Source: Candidatus Bathyarchaeota archaeon (GTDB taxonomy: Archaea; Thermoproteota; Bathyarchaeia; Bathyarchaeales; Bathycorpusculaceae). From it: DNA of 64,000 nt. This document shows positions 48,927 to 59,295 of this stretch, piece after piece (position 1 is the first letter of the stretch; each line of letters opens with the position of its first letter). The notes under the pieces were generated by a model, which saw nothing but the letters and a program-made list of their open reading frames with translations, did not search any database and was not told the origin of the DNA. Where the stretch lies: positions 1 through 64,000 of the forward strand of contig CAVYES010000003.1 in the NCBI GenBank assembly GCA_963767735.1, in the 5' to 3' direction. Position numbers and translations under genes: made by a program.

Positions 48927-49364
48927 CTGACAACCGGCATAAAAATCACCTGCGACGAAATGCGTTACATAGCATTGTTTGAAAGCATAAGCGGCGCCAG
49001 CGTGAAAGACTGCATAGTCGACGAAGTAGAGCAACGAGCAATATTCATCGTCAACCAAGGCCAAGTGGGCGTTGCCATAGGAAAAGGCGGCAGAAACATC
49101 CACACTCTCGAGCGAATGACGGGCAAAAAACACGAAATCATCGAGTACAGCGAAGACCCAGTTCAATTCATGAAAAACGCCCTCAAACCAGCAGCAGTCA
49201 GAGAAGTACGCGTCACAGAACGAACTGATGGCAAAAAGATGGCAGTCATCACCATCAACCCGAAAGATAAGGGCGTCGCAATAGGTAAAAACGGCAAAAA
49301 CGCCGAACGTTTGCGCTTTTTAGCAAAACGATACTTCGACATTCAGAACGTAAGCATCACCTAA
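48927..49364 (+). CDS. nusA: Archaeal NusA (two KH domains)
   Basis: Two AIGKxG motifs; conserved IKIT.DEMRYI lies upstream of the track ATG and starts at CTG 48927 after GGAGG. Confidence 0.95.
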   Translation: MTTGIKITCDEMRYIALFESISGASVKDCIVDEVEQRAIFIVNQGQVGVAIGKGGRNIHTLERMTGKKHEIIEYSEDPVQFMKNALKPAAVREVRVTERTDGKKMAVITINPKDKGVAIGKNGKNAERLRFLAKRYFDIQNVSIT

Positions 49365-49472
49365 GCAGTCCGTAACTGGCTGACTAGGCGATGAAACGCT
49401 GCTGAATCTGTCTTCTTAAGACTAATTAGTACATAGCTTAATTTTTTGTTCGGGCTCTATTTTTTGCTCTGT

Positions 49473-49592
49473 TTGTTTTGGGTTGTTTTTTTGAAATAAA
49501 GCTTAAATCCTTTGCAGGCTGCGTATTTAAAGGTCCCAGAAAGTATCAAAAAGTCTCTTTTCGTCCCGAAAAGTCCTGGAAAGTATTTGAAA
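49473..49592 (+). repeat. Dispersed leader + 10-bp-period array, copy D
   Basis: TTGTTTTGGGTTGTTTTTTT..AAGCTTAAATCCTTTGCAGGCTGC, then GT at 49523, 49533...49583 (7 units, GTnnnnnAAA). Confidence 0.85.
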
Positions 49593-49602
49593 GGTGGTTT
49601 GG

Positions 49603-49880
49603 TTGCCGTTAAATCGAAGCGTTAGTTTCAAAACGATGTTGCAGAGCAGAATCGCCTGCAGATCCCCAAGTTGGTGCGATGGGAGTTTAAGTTGGAGACA
49701 TCTGATGTCTTAGAAGTCACCGTGACTATTGTCGGTGTGTTAGGCGTTCGAGAGAGGTTTTTGGCTAAGATGCAAAGGGGTGGGCGCATAGCTATTCCAA
49801 ATCTTACAATGGCGTTATTGAAGCGCGACAAGCCAAGCCTTGAAGGAAACGCTATAGAAGTTACCCTTGAACCCTTTTGA
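49603..49880 (+). CDS. Double AbrB-like (swapped-hairpin) DNA-binding protein, 1-nt deletion near 49645
   Basis: Reconstructed FKTMLQ-QNRLQIPKLVR and FLAKMQRGGRIAIPNL are two AbrB-type repeats; SD AAGGTGG precedes TTG. Confidence 0.7.
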
Positions 49881-50003
49881 CGCAAGCAGTAGCTTTCGCT
49901 TGATTACTGCTTTCACATGATCAGCTGCCGTGCTAACTCTTGTCTGATGAGAGCGGTTTTGTTGTCCGTGGTCTTGTTATGATTTTAGAACCTATTTTAA
50001 TCT

Positions 50004-50037
50004 CCTTATATTATCTCCTTTTTCTTATAAAAAAAGG
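50004..50037 (+). promoter_or_regulatory. Conserved upstream box of propeller genes (second copy 55619..55651)
   Basis: CCTTATATTATCTCCTTTTT(C/T)TTATAAAAAA(A)GG, containing an inverted repeat, upstream of a TTAAATAT box in both copies. Confidence 0.65.
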
Positions 50038-50125
50038 AATTTTATTGGTTTTGTTTTAATTTTCTTACAAACTTAAATATAGAGCGAAGGAGCTTGAAAA
50101 TCAGAGAAAAAGGAGAAAAATAAAA

Positions 50126-53100
50126 ATGCAAAATCTAAAAAATAAATCTTTAGCTATTTTGATTGCAGCAATTCTAACAGTTTCAATAGGAGTCTCAATT
50201 ACGTTAATACCCTCTGCCAGTGCGCATACACCTGCATGGAATATTCCAACATACGCCTACATTGAGGCAGCACCTAACCCTGTAGGAGTCGGCCAGACAA
50301 TAGAAGTTTACATGTGGCTTGATTGCGTTTATGGAGCATCAGGCGGAACTACCGCCGCTGTCGGCACGAATGGCTACACAGCCAGCACAGGATTACTATC
50401 AAATGACTACCGATTCCACAACTACGAGCTCACCATCACGACACCTAACGGCACATCAACAACAACGACTTTTGCAATCGAAGAAGACACAACATCGAAC
50501 CAAATTACGTCTTTCACTCCCACCACTGTTGGCACATACACACTTAACTTTACCTATCCAGGACAAGTCTATGGCGCGAACGGAAACGGTTACTCCGGTT
50601 CAATACTGGTCAACGACACTTATCTGCCAAGCAGCGCGCAAACAACACTCACCGTGCAGTCAACACCAATCCCCGCCGCGATAACAAGCGAACCATTACC
50701 GACAGCTTACTGGACGCGCCCAATATTCGGTCAGAACTCTAACTGGTACACGATTTCTTCAAACTGGCTTGGTTTAGGCTCAGGCGGCTATGCTGGCTTA
50801 TCAACAGCCTTTGGCGGCAACGCAATTGGACCAGACGAAGCGCTATTTCACGCTGATGCTATAGGACCCCTAACTAGCCACGTCATGTGGACTCTGCCAA
50901 TTCAAAGTGGAGGAGTCGTCGGCGGGAACGCGTTTTTTGCTGGCGGTTCATATCCAGGCACTGGTCAAGGAGTCGGCTACTATGAAGGCACCGCATACCA
51001 GCAAAGATTCGTCAACCCCATAATAATGGACGGAATCCTCTACTTCACCACACCGATAGGATTCACCGGACCAGGCAGTGGACCAACCGAAGCAGTTAAC
51101 CTACAAACAGGACAAACCCTTTGGTCTTCAGCCAGCGTACCTCCGCTGTCATTTGGCTACATATACAACCTTTGGAACCCCGACGAACACGGAACTTTCC
51201 CACCGATTCTAGTCGCATCCAATTCAATCACCGGACAGTATGAGCTTTTTGATGCTCGAACAGGATATCCATTGTTCAACGTAACTGGTGTTCCAGCAAG
51301 CACTTCATTCTCAGTTCCAGTAAGCACTACAGTCTATTCTTTCGCAAACACAGTAGCAAGTAACACTGTTGCAGGTCCAAGCGGAGAACAGTTAAAGTAT
51401 GTCATCACCAACGACGGCACTGCAGCAAATCCACAATGGTTTATGTCTGAGTGGAACATGTCCAAACTATGGCAATACGACATTAATCCATACACAGGCG
51501 GAGGAAGCACCTCACCAGACATTATAAATGCAACAAACGGACTTCTTATACCAACTTTGCCTATTCCGCTTAATGGAGAAACCGGCACCCTACCAACTGG
51601 TCTATCCAGCGCGCCAGGTTCAGTCCCCTACGGTTCAGTGCTTACAGTCGCAGCAAACGTACCCATTAACGGCGTCAACGGAGTACTAAACTCCACCACT
51701 TATCCATCATTAGCCACTTACGACTGGAACGTTTCTTTACCATGGCTTAATACAATGCCTCCTGCGGCACCCGCTGTTAACCCCGTCACCGGACAATTAG
51801 TAAACCCGCCTGCCGGAGCAAACCCCGTAACGATTCTTGACGTTAACTATGGCGATAAAATGCTTTGCCTGAACGGCAGTTTTCCTGTTGGTTTCGCAGC
51901 AGCCGAATTACCTCTACAACTGCCCTTCTCACTCTTCGCCGTCAACCTCAATGCATCTAAGGGTTCAGTAGGTTCAGTACTTTGGACGCAGACATATAAC
52001 CCACCCGCAGGCAACCTCACAGTCGTACCAGGTCCATGTGACTTCCAGAACGGCGTTTTCGTTTTGAATTACAGAGAAACTCTACAGTACGTAGGATATA
52101 ACCTGAATAACGGCAATTTGCTTTGGGGCCCAACTCCATCTCAAAACTCTTGGGACTACTACGGCGGACCAAATAACGGCTACTTATCCGGTCAGGAAGC
52201 TTACGGCAACATCTACAGTGCTGCATACGCAGGAATAGTCTACTGCTATAACGATTTGACTGGCAAACTACTGTGGACCTACGGCAACGGCGGCGAAGGC
52301 AACAGCACCAGCGCTGGGTTGAACGTGTTTTACGGCGATTACCCAACTTTCGTAAACGCTATTGGTAATGGAGTGGTCTATCTGCTAAGTACAGAGCACA
52401 CTGTCACTGACCCGATTTACAAGGGTGCACTAGCACGTGCCATTAACGCCACCACAGGACAAGAAATCTGGACTCTCCCAGATTACACCAGCGAGTTCAA
52501 TTCGATGAGTTTTGCTATGGCAGACGGCTATGCAACATTCTTTAACGGATATGACGGCCAAATCTACAGTGTAGGCCAAGGTTCCAGCGCCACCACAGTA
52601 CAAGCACCACTGACAGCCATCACAGCAGGCACCAACGTTGCTATACAAGGAACAGTAATGGACACTTCCGCAGGTACACAGCAAACACAACAGAAAGCAG
52701 ACTTCCCAAGCGGAGTTCCATGTGCATCTGACGCAAGCATGACTCAGTGGATGAGCTATGTTTACCAGCAGCAACCAGAACCAACCAACTTCACAGGCGT
52801 AACAGTAACCTTGACCGCCATTGATCCCAACGGCAACTTCGTAACTCTCGGCACAGCCACTACCGATTCCAAAGGCTTATTCAACTTAATGTGGCAGGCT
52901 CCAAGTATCCCAGGCAAATACACTGTCACCGCTTCATTTGCAGGCAACAACGGTTACTGGGGATCAAGCGCCCAAACTACCATGATCGTGCAAAACGCTC
53001 CTTCTGCAACTGCCGCACCTACACCCGCTCCATCCTCAGTCGTTAACACATACTTTGTTCCAGCTGTCATCGCCATAATAGTCATAATCATCATAGGCTT

Positions 53101-53137
53101 TGCTATACTATTCTTAGCACTCAGAAAACGAGCATAA
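50126..53137 (+). CDS. Secreted, C-terminally anchored PQQ-like beta-propeller surface protein (paralog 1)
   Basis: Signal peptide; PNPVGVGQ Ig-like domain; TGQ/K-xxW blades; Ig-like domain; TM helix + RKR. Confidence 0.9.
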   Translation: MQNLKNKSLAILIAAILTVSIGVSITLIPSASAHTPAWNIPTYAYIEAAPNPVGVGQTIEVYMWLDCVYGASGGTTAAVGTNGYTASTGLLSNDYRFHNYELTITTPNGTSTTTTFAIEEDTTSNQITSFTPTTVGTYTLNFTYPGQVYGANGNGYSGSILVNDTYLPSSAQTTLTVQSTPIPAAITSEPLPTAYWTRPIFGQNSNWYTISSNWLGLGSGGYAGLSTAFGGNAIGPDEALFHADAIGPLTSHVMWTLPIQSGGVVGGNAFFAGGSYPGTGQGVGYYEGTAYQQRFVNPIIMDGILYFTTPIGFTGPGSGPTEAVNLQTGQTLWSSASVPPLSFGYIYNLWNPDEHGTFPPILVASNSITGQYELFDARTGYPLFNVTGVPASTSFSVPVSTTVYSFANTVASNTVAGPSGEQLKYVITNDGTAANPQWFMSEWNMSKLWQYDINPYTGGGSTSPDIINATNGLLIPTLPIPLNGETGTLPTGLSSAPGSVPYGSVLTVAANVPINGVNGVLNSTTYPSLATYDWNVSLPWLNTMPPAAPAVNPVTGQLVNPPAGANPVTILDVNYGDKMLCLNGSFPVGFAAAELPLQLPFSLFAVNLNASKGSVGSVLWTQTYNPPAGNLTVVPGPCDFQNGVFVLNYRETLQYVGYNLNNGNLLWGPTPSQNSWDYYGGPNNGYLSGQEAYGNIYSAAYAGIVYCYNDLTGKLLWTYGNGGEGNSTSAGLNVFYGDYPTFVNAIGNGVVYLLSTEHTVTDPIYKGALARAINATTGQEIWTLPDYTSEFNSMSFAMADGYATFFNGYDGQIYSVGQGSSATTVQAPLTAITAGTNVAIQGTVMDTSAGTQQTQQKADFPSGVPCASDASMTQWMSYVYQQQPEPTNFTGVTVTLTAIDPNGNFVTLGTATTDSKGLFNLMWQAPSIPGKYTVTASFAGNNGYWGSSAQTTMIVQNAPSATAAPTPAPSSVVNTYFVPAVIAIIVIIIIGFAILFLALRKRA

Positions 53138-53403
53138 AAGTCGCAATCAAAAAGTCAAAATTCCTTCCTTTTTTATTTTTTAAAGCATTTTCAAAAAACA
53201 AATGAGAAAGATCAATGGCTGAGAAGGCTTTAGCTAAATTCACAAGAAGCTTCGGTTTCTATTTTTCTCACAAGTTATTTTAAAACCAATTTTTTTGATT
53301 CAGGTATCATAAAGAAAAAAAACAAAGATGCTGTTTGCGCGGATCGCTTACCGCAGCACGCATAACTCCTTATATAAAGAAGAAAGTAGGTTGTCAAGTT
53401 AGA

Positions 53404-54387
53404 TTAGAATGTGGATATGTATTGTTGTGGCGTCGGCCAGCTGTCCGGAATTTTCCTTGCGGTAGCTTCAATCTTTGTTATTCCGCAAATTCTGGCGATT
53501 TGCTCTTGGATAGCGAATGCTTCCGCAGTGTCTCTTATCATAACTGTCAATTGTAAATCATAATCACCGCTAGTCTTTATAATCGTAGTCACGTCGGGTA
53601 TTTTCGCAAGCGACTCAACTATTGGATCCAACAAGCCGCCAGGAGTGGCAAAAGCTATGTTGAAATCTAGCATTGAGGCGTATCCAATTTTATTTAGGTT
53701 TATTTGGATTGAAACCTTTATTGTGCCCTTTTCCCTTAGCCTGTGATATCTTTTTACGATAGTGTCAGTTGATACTCCTATTTCTTTTGCAATTCCAGTA
53801 AACGAGGCGCGACCATCCAACGTAAGTTTTCCTATTATTTGCTTATCTAACTCATCAATTACGATTCTATCACCCAGTGCAGTGACTGTTTTGCTTGAAT
53901 TCAGTTGATTGATTCCGCTAGATTCTTTTACAGCGCCTGTCAGGTTCAAATTTTCAGGAATGTTTCTAACGCCCGTCCAAATGTAAGTTTTTAATCCCAA
54001 AGTAGGCAGTTTTCGCCTAATTACCTGCTTAACATGATCCAATTCATTTAGGTCCCTTAAAGTTGCAACTGCTCTAACATTATAAACACTGTTATACTGC
54101 CGAGAAGCACGCACCTCAGTTATTTCACCTATCAATTCCATAACTTGGTCAATCTGCTGAGCTTCAACACTAATTAGCAGTGTAGTCAGTGCATCAAAAC
54201 CAAAATGAGCGTAATTCATCTGAACAGTTGCGCCATTAATTATCCCTTTTTTCTCCATTGACCTACATCGTTTCCAAATTTTGTTTTTGGGCACTCCGTA
54301 TTGTTTTGCTAATTCACAATAGCCCGTTCGACCTTCTGATAGAAGATTTTTCAGTATTTTTGAATCAAGCTCATTTATTTTAGGCAA
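53404..54387 (-). CDS. Tandem (double) Lrp/AsnC family regulator
   Basis: Two ELDxxI..L..GR HTH + RAM modules. Confidence 0.9.
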   Translation of the reverse strand: MPKINELDSKILKNLLSEGRTGYCELAKQYGVPKNKIWKRCRSMEKKGIINGATVQMNYAHFGFDALTTLLISVEAQQIDQVMELIGEITEVRASRQYNSVYNVRAVATLRDLNELDHVKQVIRRKLPTLGLKTYIWTGVRNIPENLNLTGAVKESSGINQLNSSKTVTALGDRIVIDELDKQIIGKLTLDGRASFTGIAKEIGVSTDTIVKRYHRLREKGTIKVSIQINLNKIGYASMLDFNIAFATPGGLLDPIVESLAKIPDVTTIIKTSGDYDLQLTVMIRDTAEAFAIQEQIARICGITKIEATARKIPDSWPTPQQYISTF

Positions 54388-54517
54388 GCAGTTCTTATCC
54401 TTTCGTTTGTTAGCTTGTTAGAATTTTTCAGCATTTAAAATTTCTTATTTTTTTTAGTATAATGGTCAAAACTAAAATTTAGTTAATTTTTGGCTCATTT
54501 GAAGACAGCTGATGGGT

Positions 54518-55492
54518 TTAGAAAGTCGAAATATATTGGCGAGGGGAAGGCCATTTCGCGCGTCCTTCTTCAAATCCTAATACTTCCATATCAATCCTGG
54601 TTATCCCTGAAATTTTTCCAATTTCTTTTTGAATGAAAAGCAATTTATCTATATCCTGCACCATTGCATATATTTGCAAGTCGTAGTCTCCCGTGGTTTT
54701 CATAATACTTATAACGTCAGGTATCTTGCTGATTTTCTCAATGAGCAAGAAGGAGTTTTCATGCGAGGTAACTGTGAAAAAAACACATAACGCTCTGTAT
54801 CCAATTTTGATGGGGTTTACTTGAATTGTTACTTTTAAAACACCATTTTTCTTCAGTTTTTCATATCTTCTATTGGCAGCGGCAGATGAGAGTCCTATTT
54901 CTCTGCCGAGTGTTTCCATGGACACCCGCCCATTCTCAGAGAGTTTGTCAGCTATTTTTTTGTCAATTTCGTCCATAATCATTGTTTGAGAATTACTTTT
55001 TTTCTGAGTATTGACCTGATAATTGATTTCCGCCTCTTCCTTTTTCTTGTCAGCACTTGTTATTGCCAAGTTCTGGTTCATTTCTTTTACATCTGTCCAG
55101 ATTGCAGTTCTCATTTCCAGAATCGAAAAATGTCTCTTAATTGCATCCTTTATATCATTCAACTGCTCAAGCGTTTTAAGGATTATAACAACATCCAAGT
55201 TTCCTTTGACTCCTCTGCTGTGAAGGGAGTAAACCTCTGGCATTTTCCGCAAATATTCAATAAGTTGAGCTTCCTGTTTAGAATCAACATTTATTGATAT
55301 GTACGCTACTGCCTTGTAACCAAAAATCTTATAATTAATGTGAATTGTTGCGCCTGTAATTATTCCTTTTTCTTCCATTTCGCCAATATTTCTTTTTACA
55401 TTTTCTTCTGTTTCGCCTATTTTTTTGGCGATTTCGCTATCAGTTTTGCGACCGTCAGCTAATAGCTCTTTGAGAATTTTTGCCTGCAACAC
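54518..55492 (-). CDS. Tandem (double) Lrp/AsnC family regulator
   Basis: Paralog of the preceding gene; shares the C-terminal WP.P.QYISTF. Confidence 0.9.
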   Translation of the reverse strand: MLQAKILKELLADGRKTDSEIAKKIGETEENVKRNIGEMEEKGIITGATIHINYKIFGYKAVAYISINVDSKQEAQLIEYLRKMPEVYSLHSRGVKGNLDVVIILKTLEQLNDIKDAIKRHFSILEMRTAIWTDVKEMNQNLAITSADKKKEEAEINYQVNTQKKSNSQTMIMDEIDKKIADKLSENGRVSMETLGREIGLSSAAANRRYEKLKKNGVLKVTIQVNPIKIGYRALCVFFTVTSHENSFLLIEKISKIPDVISIMKTTGDYDLQIYAMVQDIDKLLFIQKEIGKISGITRIDMEVLGFEEGRAKWPSPRQYISTF

Positions 55493-55740
55493 GGTAACTT
55501 GCTCTATTAAGCCTAATGCCCCTCTTATAGCGGTTCATTCTATTTTTTCATATTTAAATTTGCATCCTACATTTACATTTTGCGGTTTCATTTTTGGCGA
55601 ATCTTGTTGCCATTTTAACCTTATATTATCTCCTTTTTTTTATAAAAAAGGTAATTTTATTTGCTTTCTTAGTAAATTTTATAAAGTTTTAAATATACAA
55701 CAAAGAATTGGTAAATAAGACAAAAAGGAGAAAAAGAAAA

Positions 55741-58569
55741 ATGTCAAAAGAAACAACGGGAATTTCTAAGCACAAAATACAAGCTATAGCGATTGCTATA
55801 TTCTTAACACTTTCAATGTGTGCTTCAATGATGCTAATGCCAAGCGTGCACGCAGCGACTACTATCCCAAGTTTTAACTACATTAGTGTGTCACCTAACC
55901 CAACAGGTGTCGGTCAGCAAGTCGAAATCATCATGTGGGTTGAGGGAGTTTTCGGAGGAAATGCAGAATTAACCAATACTTATCGATTCGCGAATGACTA
56001 TCAACTCATCATTACTGCGCCAGATGGTACAAATACAAGCACTACTTTCGGCACTGTCACAAGCCCAACGTCGGACTATGACTATTCCTACACTCCTACA
56101 GCGACCGGTACGTACACTCTCACCTTCAATTTCCTAGCAACAACCATAACATCCACCAACGATCCCACCTCAGGCCAACTTGGCGATGAGTATTTACCAA
56201 CGACTACATCAACAACCCTCGTTGTTCAGTCAACGCCAATAGCCGCAATTCCGCAAACTCCGCTTCCAACTGCGTTCTGGACTCGACCTATATACGGTGA
56301 AAATTCCGCGTGGTACACCCTGGGGTCAAACTGGCTAGGATTCGGTTCACCGGGCTACATATCTATCAGCTCCGGACCTAATGCGGGAGCCAACGGAGAA
56401 GAGTTCGGCCAGCAATACCTGACCAACGTAGGACCTCTGACTTCACATATCATGTGGACTATGCCCCTTCTCTCCGGAGGAGTCGTAGGACAAGATGCCA
56501 CTACAATAGCGGGAAACACTTATTCCGATGGATCTGCATACGATCAAAAATTCTGCAACCCGATAATTGTTGACGGGCTGCTAATCTTCACAGAATCAAT
56601 CAGTCAAACAGGCACTACAGGAGCTTTAGCAGGTTCCACACCCGCATATGGACCAACTGTCTGTTATAACCTGGAATCAGGACAGCTAGTCTGGTCAGGC
56701 GCTGGCTCTGAAACCCCCCACAACCCCGTCCCTGCACTATCATTCGCCTACATATACGATCCCGAAGACCCCAACCAACACGGAGTTTGGCCACCAATGC
56801 TAGTTGCATCAGCATTCAGTTACGTAACTTTTTCGACGGTGTGGGAGGTTTTTGATGCTTATACAGGAGATGCACTCTTTAACGTAACCAACATTCCCTC
56901 GGCGGGAGCATCAATGCTGGGTCCGTCAGGCGAATATCTGCAAGTGAGCCTCACCAACTATGGGAATACGACGAATCCAAATTGGTATCTGCAAGAATGG
57001 AATTCATCCAGACTTTGGGAAAACCTATACTCTGGTCCATCAACAACGCCAACATATCCTCCGCCGATAACTAACGCAACCACAACAGTCTTAGTAAACG
57101 GAATTAACCAAGTCGAAGCAGACGACTTTAACATTTCGGTACCATGGCTCGACACTGCAACGCTCAACGGCGCACCCATAGGATCCGTAACTCAATCCGC
57201 AGCTATCTATAATGATATTTTGCTTATTTACGCTGGCACTTATCCCGCAAATAGTGCTGCTACTGAAAGCTTTTTCTTTGGTACGCCAAGCAGCACTCCC
57301 TATGAATACTTTGGAGTCGGACTCAACGCAACTGGTCTCGCCTATGTCAACCCTAGTATAGGAGGAGACACATCTGCAGCTGGATCTGTTAATCTGGGTT
57401 CGGAGTTATGGTCAAATGTGGTTCAACCGCCACCAAACAACATCACTGTCCTATGGGCTGGAATCGACCCTAAAAACAATGTCTTCATCGAAACCTGGAG
57501 GGAAACTCAGCAGTTCGTCGGGTACAGTTTGAGTACAGGCAAGGAAGTTTGGGGTCCAACCGCACCACAAGCAGCACTTGATTACTATGGCTGTCAGGCA
57601 TCAGGCAGTATATCCTGTACAGTATACAACGGCGACCTCATAAGCAGCGCCTACGCAGGAATAATCTACTGTTATTCTACGGCAACTGGAGATATATTGT
57701 GGACCTTCGGCAACGGTGGAGAAGGCAACAGCACAAACTCTGGTGTTGAAACTCCATTCGGTGTTTATCCAACCTTCGTAGTGGCTGTTGGTAACGGAGT
57801 AGTATACGTGGTTACCAGCGAGCACACTGAGGAAACACCGATTTTCAAGGGCGCATTAGCACGTGCTCTCAATGCAACAACCGGGCAAGAAATCTGGACT
57901 CTTTCGGATTACACAGGCGAATTCTTTACTGGCAGCTACGCCATCGCAGACGGCTATTCAGTATTCTTTAACGGCTACGACAACTCAGTCTACAATGTGG
58001 GCACAGGACCTAGCGCAACCACAGTAACGGCGCCACAGACTGCCATCACAGAAGGCTCCAACGTAATTATTCAGGGTACAGTTATGGATACTTCCGTAGG
58101 CACGCAGCAATTAGAACAGAAAGCTGACTTTCCAAACGGTGTTCCATGCGCATCTGACGCAAGCATGACTCAGTGGATGGGCTATGTTTACCAGCAGCAA
58201 CCCGAACCGACCAACTTCACCGGCGTTGTTGTAACGTTGACAGCTATCGACCCGAACCACAACTTCATCACCCTCGGCGAAGCCACAACTGACGCAAACG
58301 GTATGTATCACTTTACCTGGACTCTTCCAAGTATCCCAGGTACCTATTCCGTCACCGCAACATTCTGTGGCTCCAACGGCTACTATGGCTCAACCGCAGA
58401 AACCAACATGTACGTAGCATCATCTCCGGCCAGTCCAGCACCGACAGCTTCACCTGTTACAGGCTTGGCATCGACAGCATCCTTAGAGTTAGGGATTGCA
58501 GCAGTAATAATCGTAATAATCATAATCGGCGCTATACTGGCACTATTGCTGATGAGAAAACGTCCATAA
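55741..58569 (+). CDS. PQQ-like beta-propeller surface protein (paralog 2)
   Basis: Same architecture as paralog 1; ATG 55741 after an AGGAG SD (track start 55708). Confidence 0.9.
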   Translation: MSKETTGISKHKIQAIAIAIFLTLSMCASMMLMPSVHAATTIPSFNYISVSPNPTGVGQQVEIIMWVEGVFGGNAELTNTYRFANDYQLIITAPDGTNTSTTFGTVTSPTSDYDYSYTPTATGTYTLTFNFLATTITSTNDPTSGQLGDEYLPTTTSTTLVVQSTPIAAIPQTPLPTAFWTRPIYGENSAWYTLGSNWLGFGSPGYISISSGPNAGANGEEFGQQYLTNVGPLTSHIMWTMPLLSGGVVGQDATTIAGNTYSDGSAYDQKFCNPIIVDGLLIFTESISQTGTTGALAGSTPAYGPTVCYNLESGQLVWSGAGSETPHNPVPALSFAYIYDPEDPNQHGVWPPMLVASAFSYVTFSTVWEVFDAYTGDALFNVTNIPSAGASMLGPSGEYLQVSLTNYGNTTNPNWYLQEWNSSRLWENLYSGPSTTPTYPPPITNATTTVLVNGINQVEADDFNISVPWLDTATLNGAPIGSVTQSAAIYNDILLIYAGTYPANSAATESFFFGTPSSTPYEYFGVGLNATGLAYVNPSIGGDTSAAGSVNLGSELWSNVVQPPPNNITVLWAGIDPKNNVFIETWRETQQFVGYSLSTGKEVWGPTAPQAALDYYGCQASGSISCTVYNGDLISSAYAGIIYCYSTATGDILWTFGNGGEGNSTNSGVETPFGVYPTFVVAVGNGVVYVVTSEHTEETPIFKGALARALNATTGQEIWTLSDYTGEFFTGSYAIADGYSVFFNGYDNSVYNVGTGPSATTVTAPQTAITEGSNVIIQGTVMDTSVGTQQLEQKADFPNGVPCASDASMTQWMGYVYQQQPEPTNFTGVVVTLTAIDPNHNFITLGEATTDANGMYHFTWTLPSIPGTYSVTATFCGSNGYYGSTAETNMYVASSPASPAPTASPVTGLASTASLELGIAAVIIVIIIIGAILALLLMRKRP

Positions 58570-59295
58570 AGCGAAAACAAATCACCACAACTAAAATTTC
58601 CCCTTTTTTAGTTTTTAAAAAGCAATGGAGAAAGAAGGGGCTGAGAAGGCTCTGGTTAGATTAACGAAAAAGCAATAGCCTTTAGCAAGCTTTGCATTTT
58701 TCTTTTCCTTTAAAATTCCAGAGCCTCAGCAAACCAAGTTTTCTCACCCACCAAAAAATCAATTAAGTCAATAGATTTACTTTTGTTAACTCAATTATTT
58801 GGCGTGGTAGCTTTCCACTTTGATTTCAATTGGTCTAAATCATAAGCAACAGCCCAAGTGAATAGCGCGCTGGTTTGTTCCTAAAATGCATTAGCGGTTA
58901 TGTTTGAGGCGGGAGCTCGTATTTTTTGAGTTCCGTCCAAGGTTAGGAGGTGAACCCGAGCAGGACAAGATGAACACGAAACACGAAACCTTGGAAACAC
59001 TCTTCAGAAACATAGAGAAACACATCTTTAGCAATTTCTCCTCCAAATCCACTCTTTTACTTTTTTATTACCAATTTTCCCCGAAAATTTTGCTCTTTAG
59101 AAGCCAATTTTATATAAACTAAACATTATTTTATAAGAATAGACTAATTTGATTACGATATAAGCAATAATGTGAAGGTAAATTGCGCATTTACTAAAGT
59201 TTTATAAGGCAGTTTTCGCTAGCGTTGATACTATTGGACAAATGCATTTAGGCTTTCTGTTCAATAAAAATAAAATAAAATTGAGGAAAATAAAA

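Noticed and set aside
49370-49415. C/D box sRNA after nusA (CTGA...CGATGA...CTGA)
   Set aside because: No recognisable 5' C box, and the guide segment is too short (7 nt).
49940-49980. Hammerhead ribozyme (CTGATGAG)
   Set aside because: No stem II followed by GAAA and no supporting stems.
58970-59025. GAAAC repeats as a fifth copy of the 10-bp array family
   Set aside because: Spacing is irregular and the conserved leader is missing.
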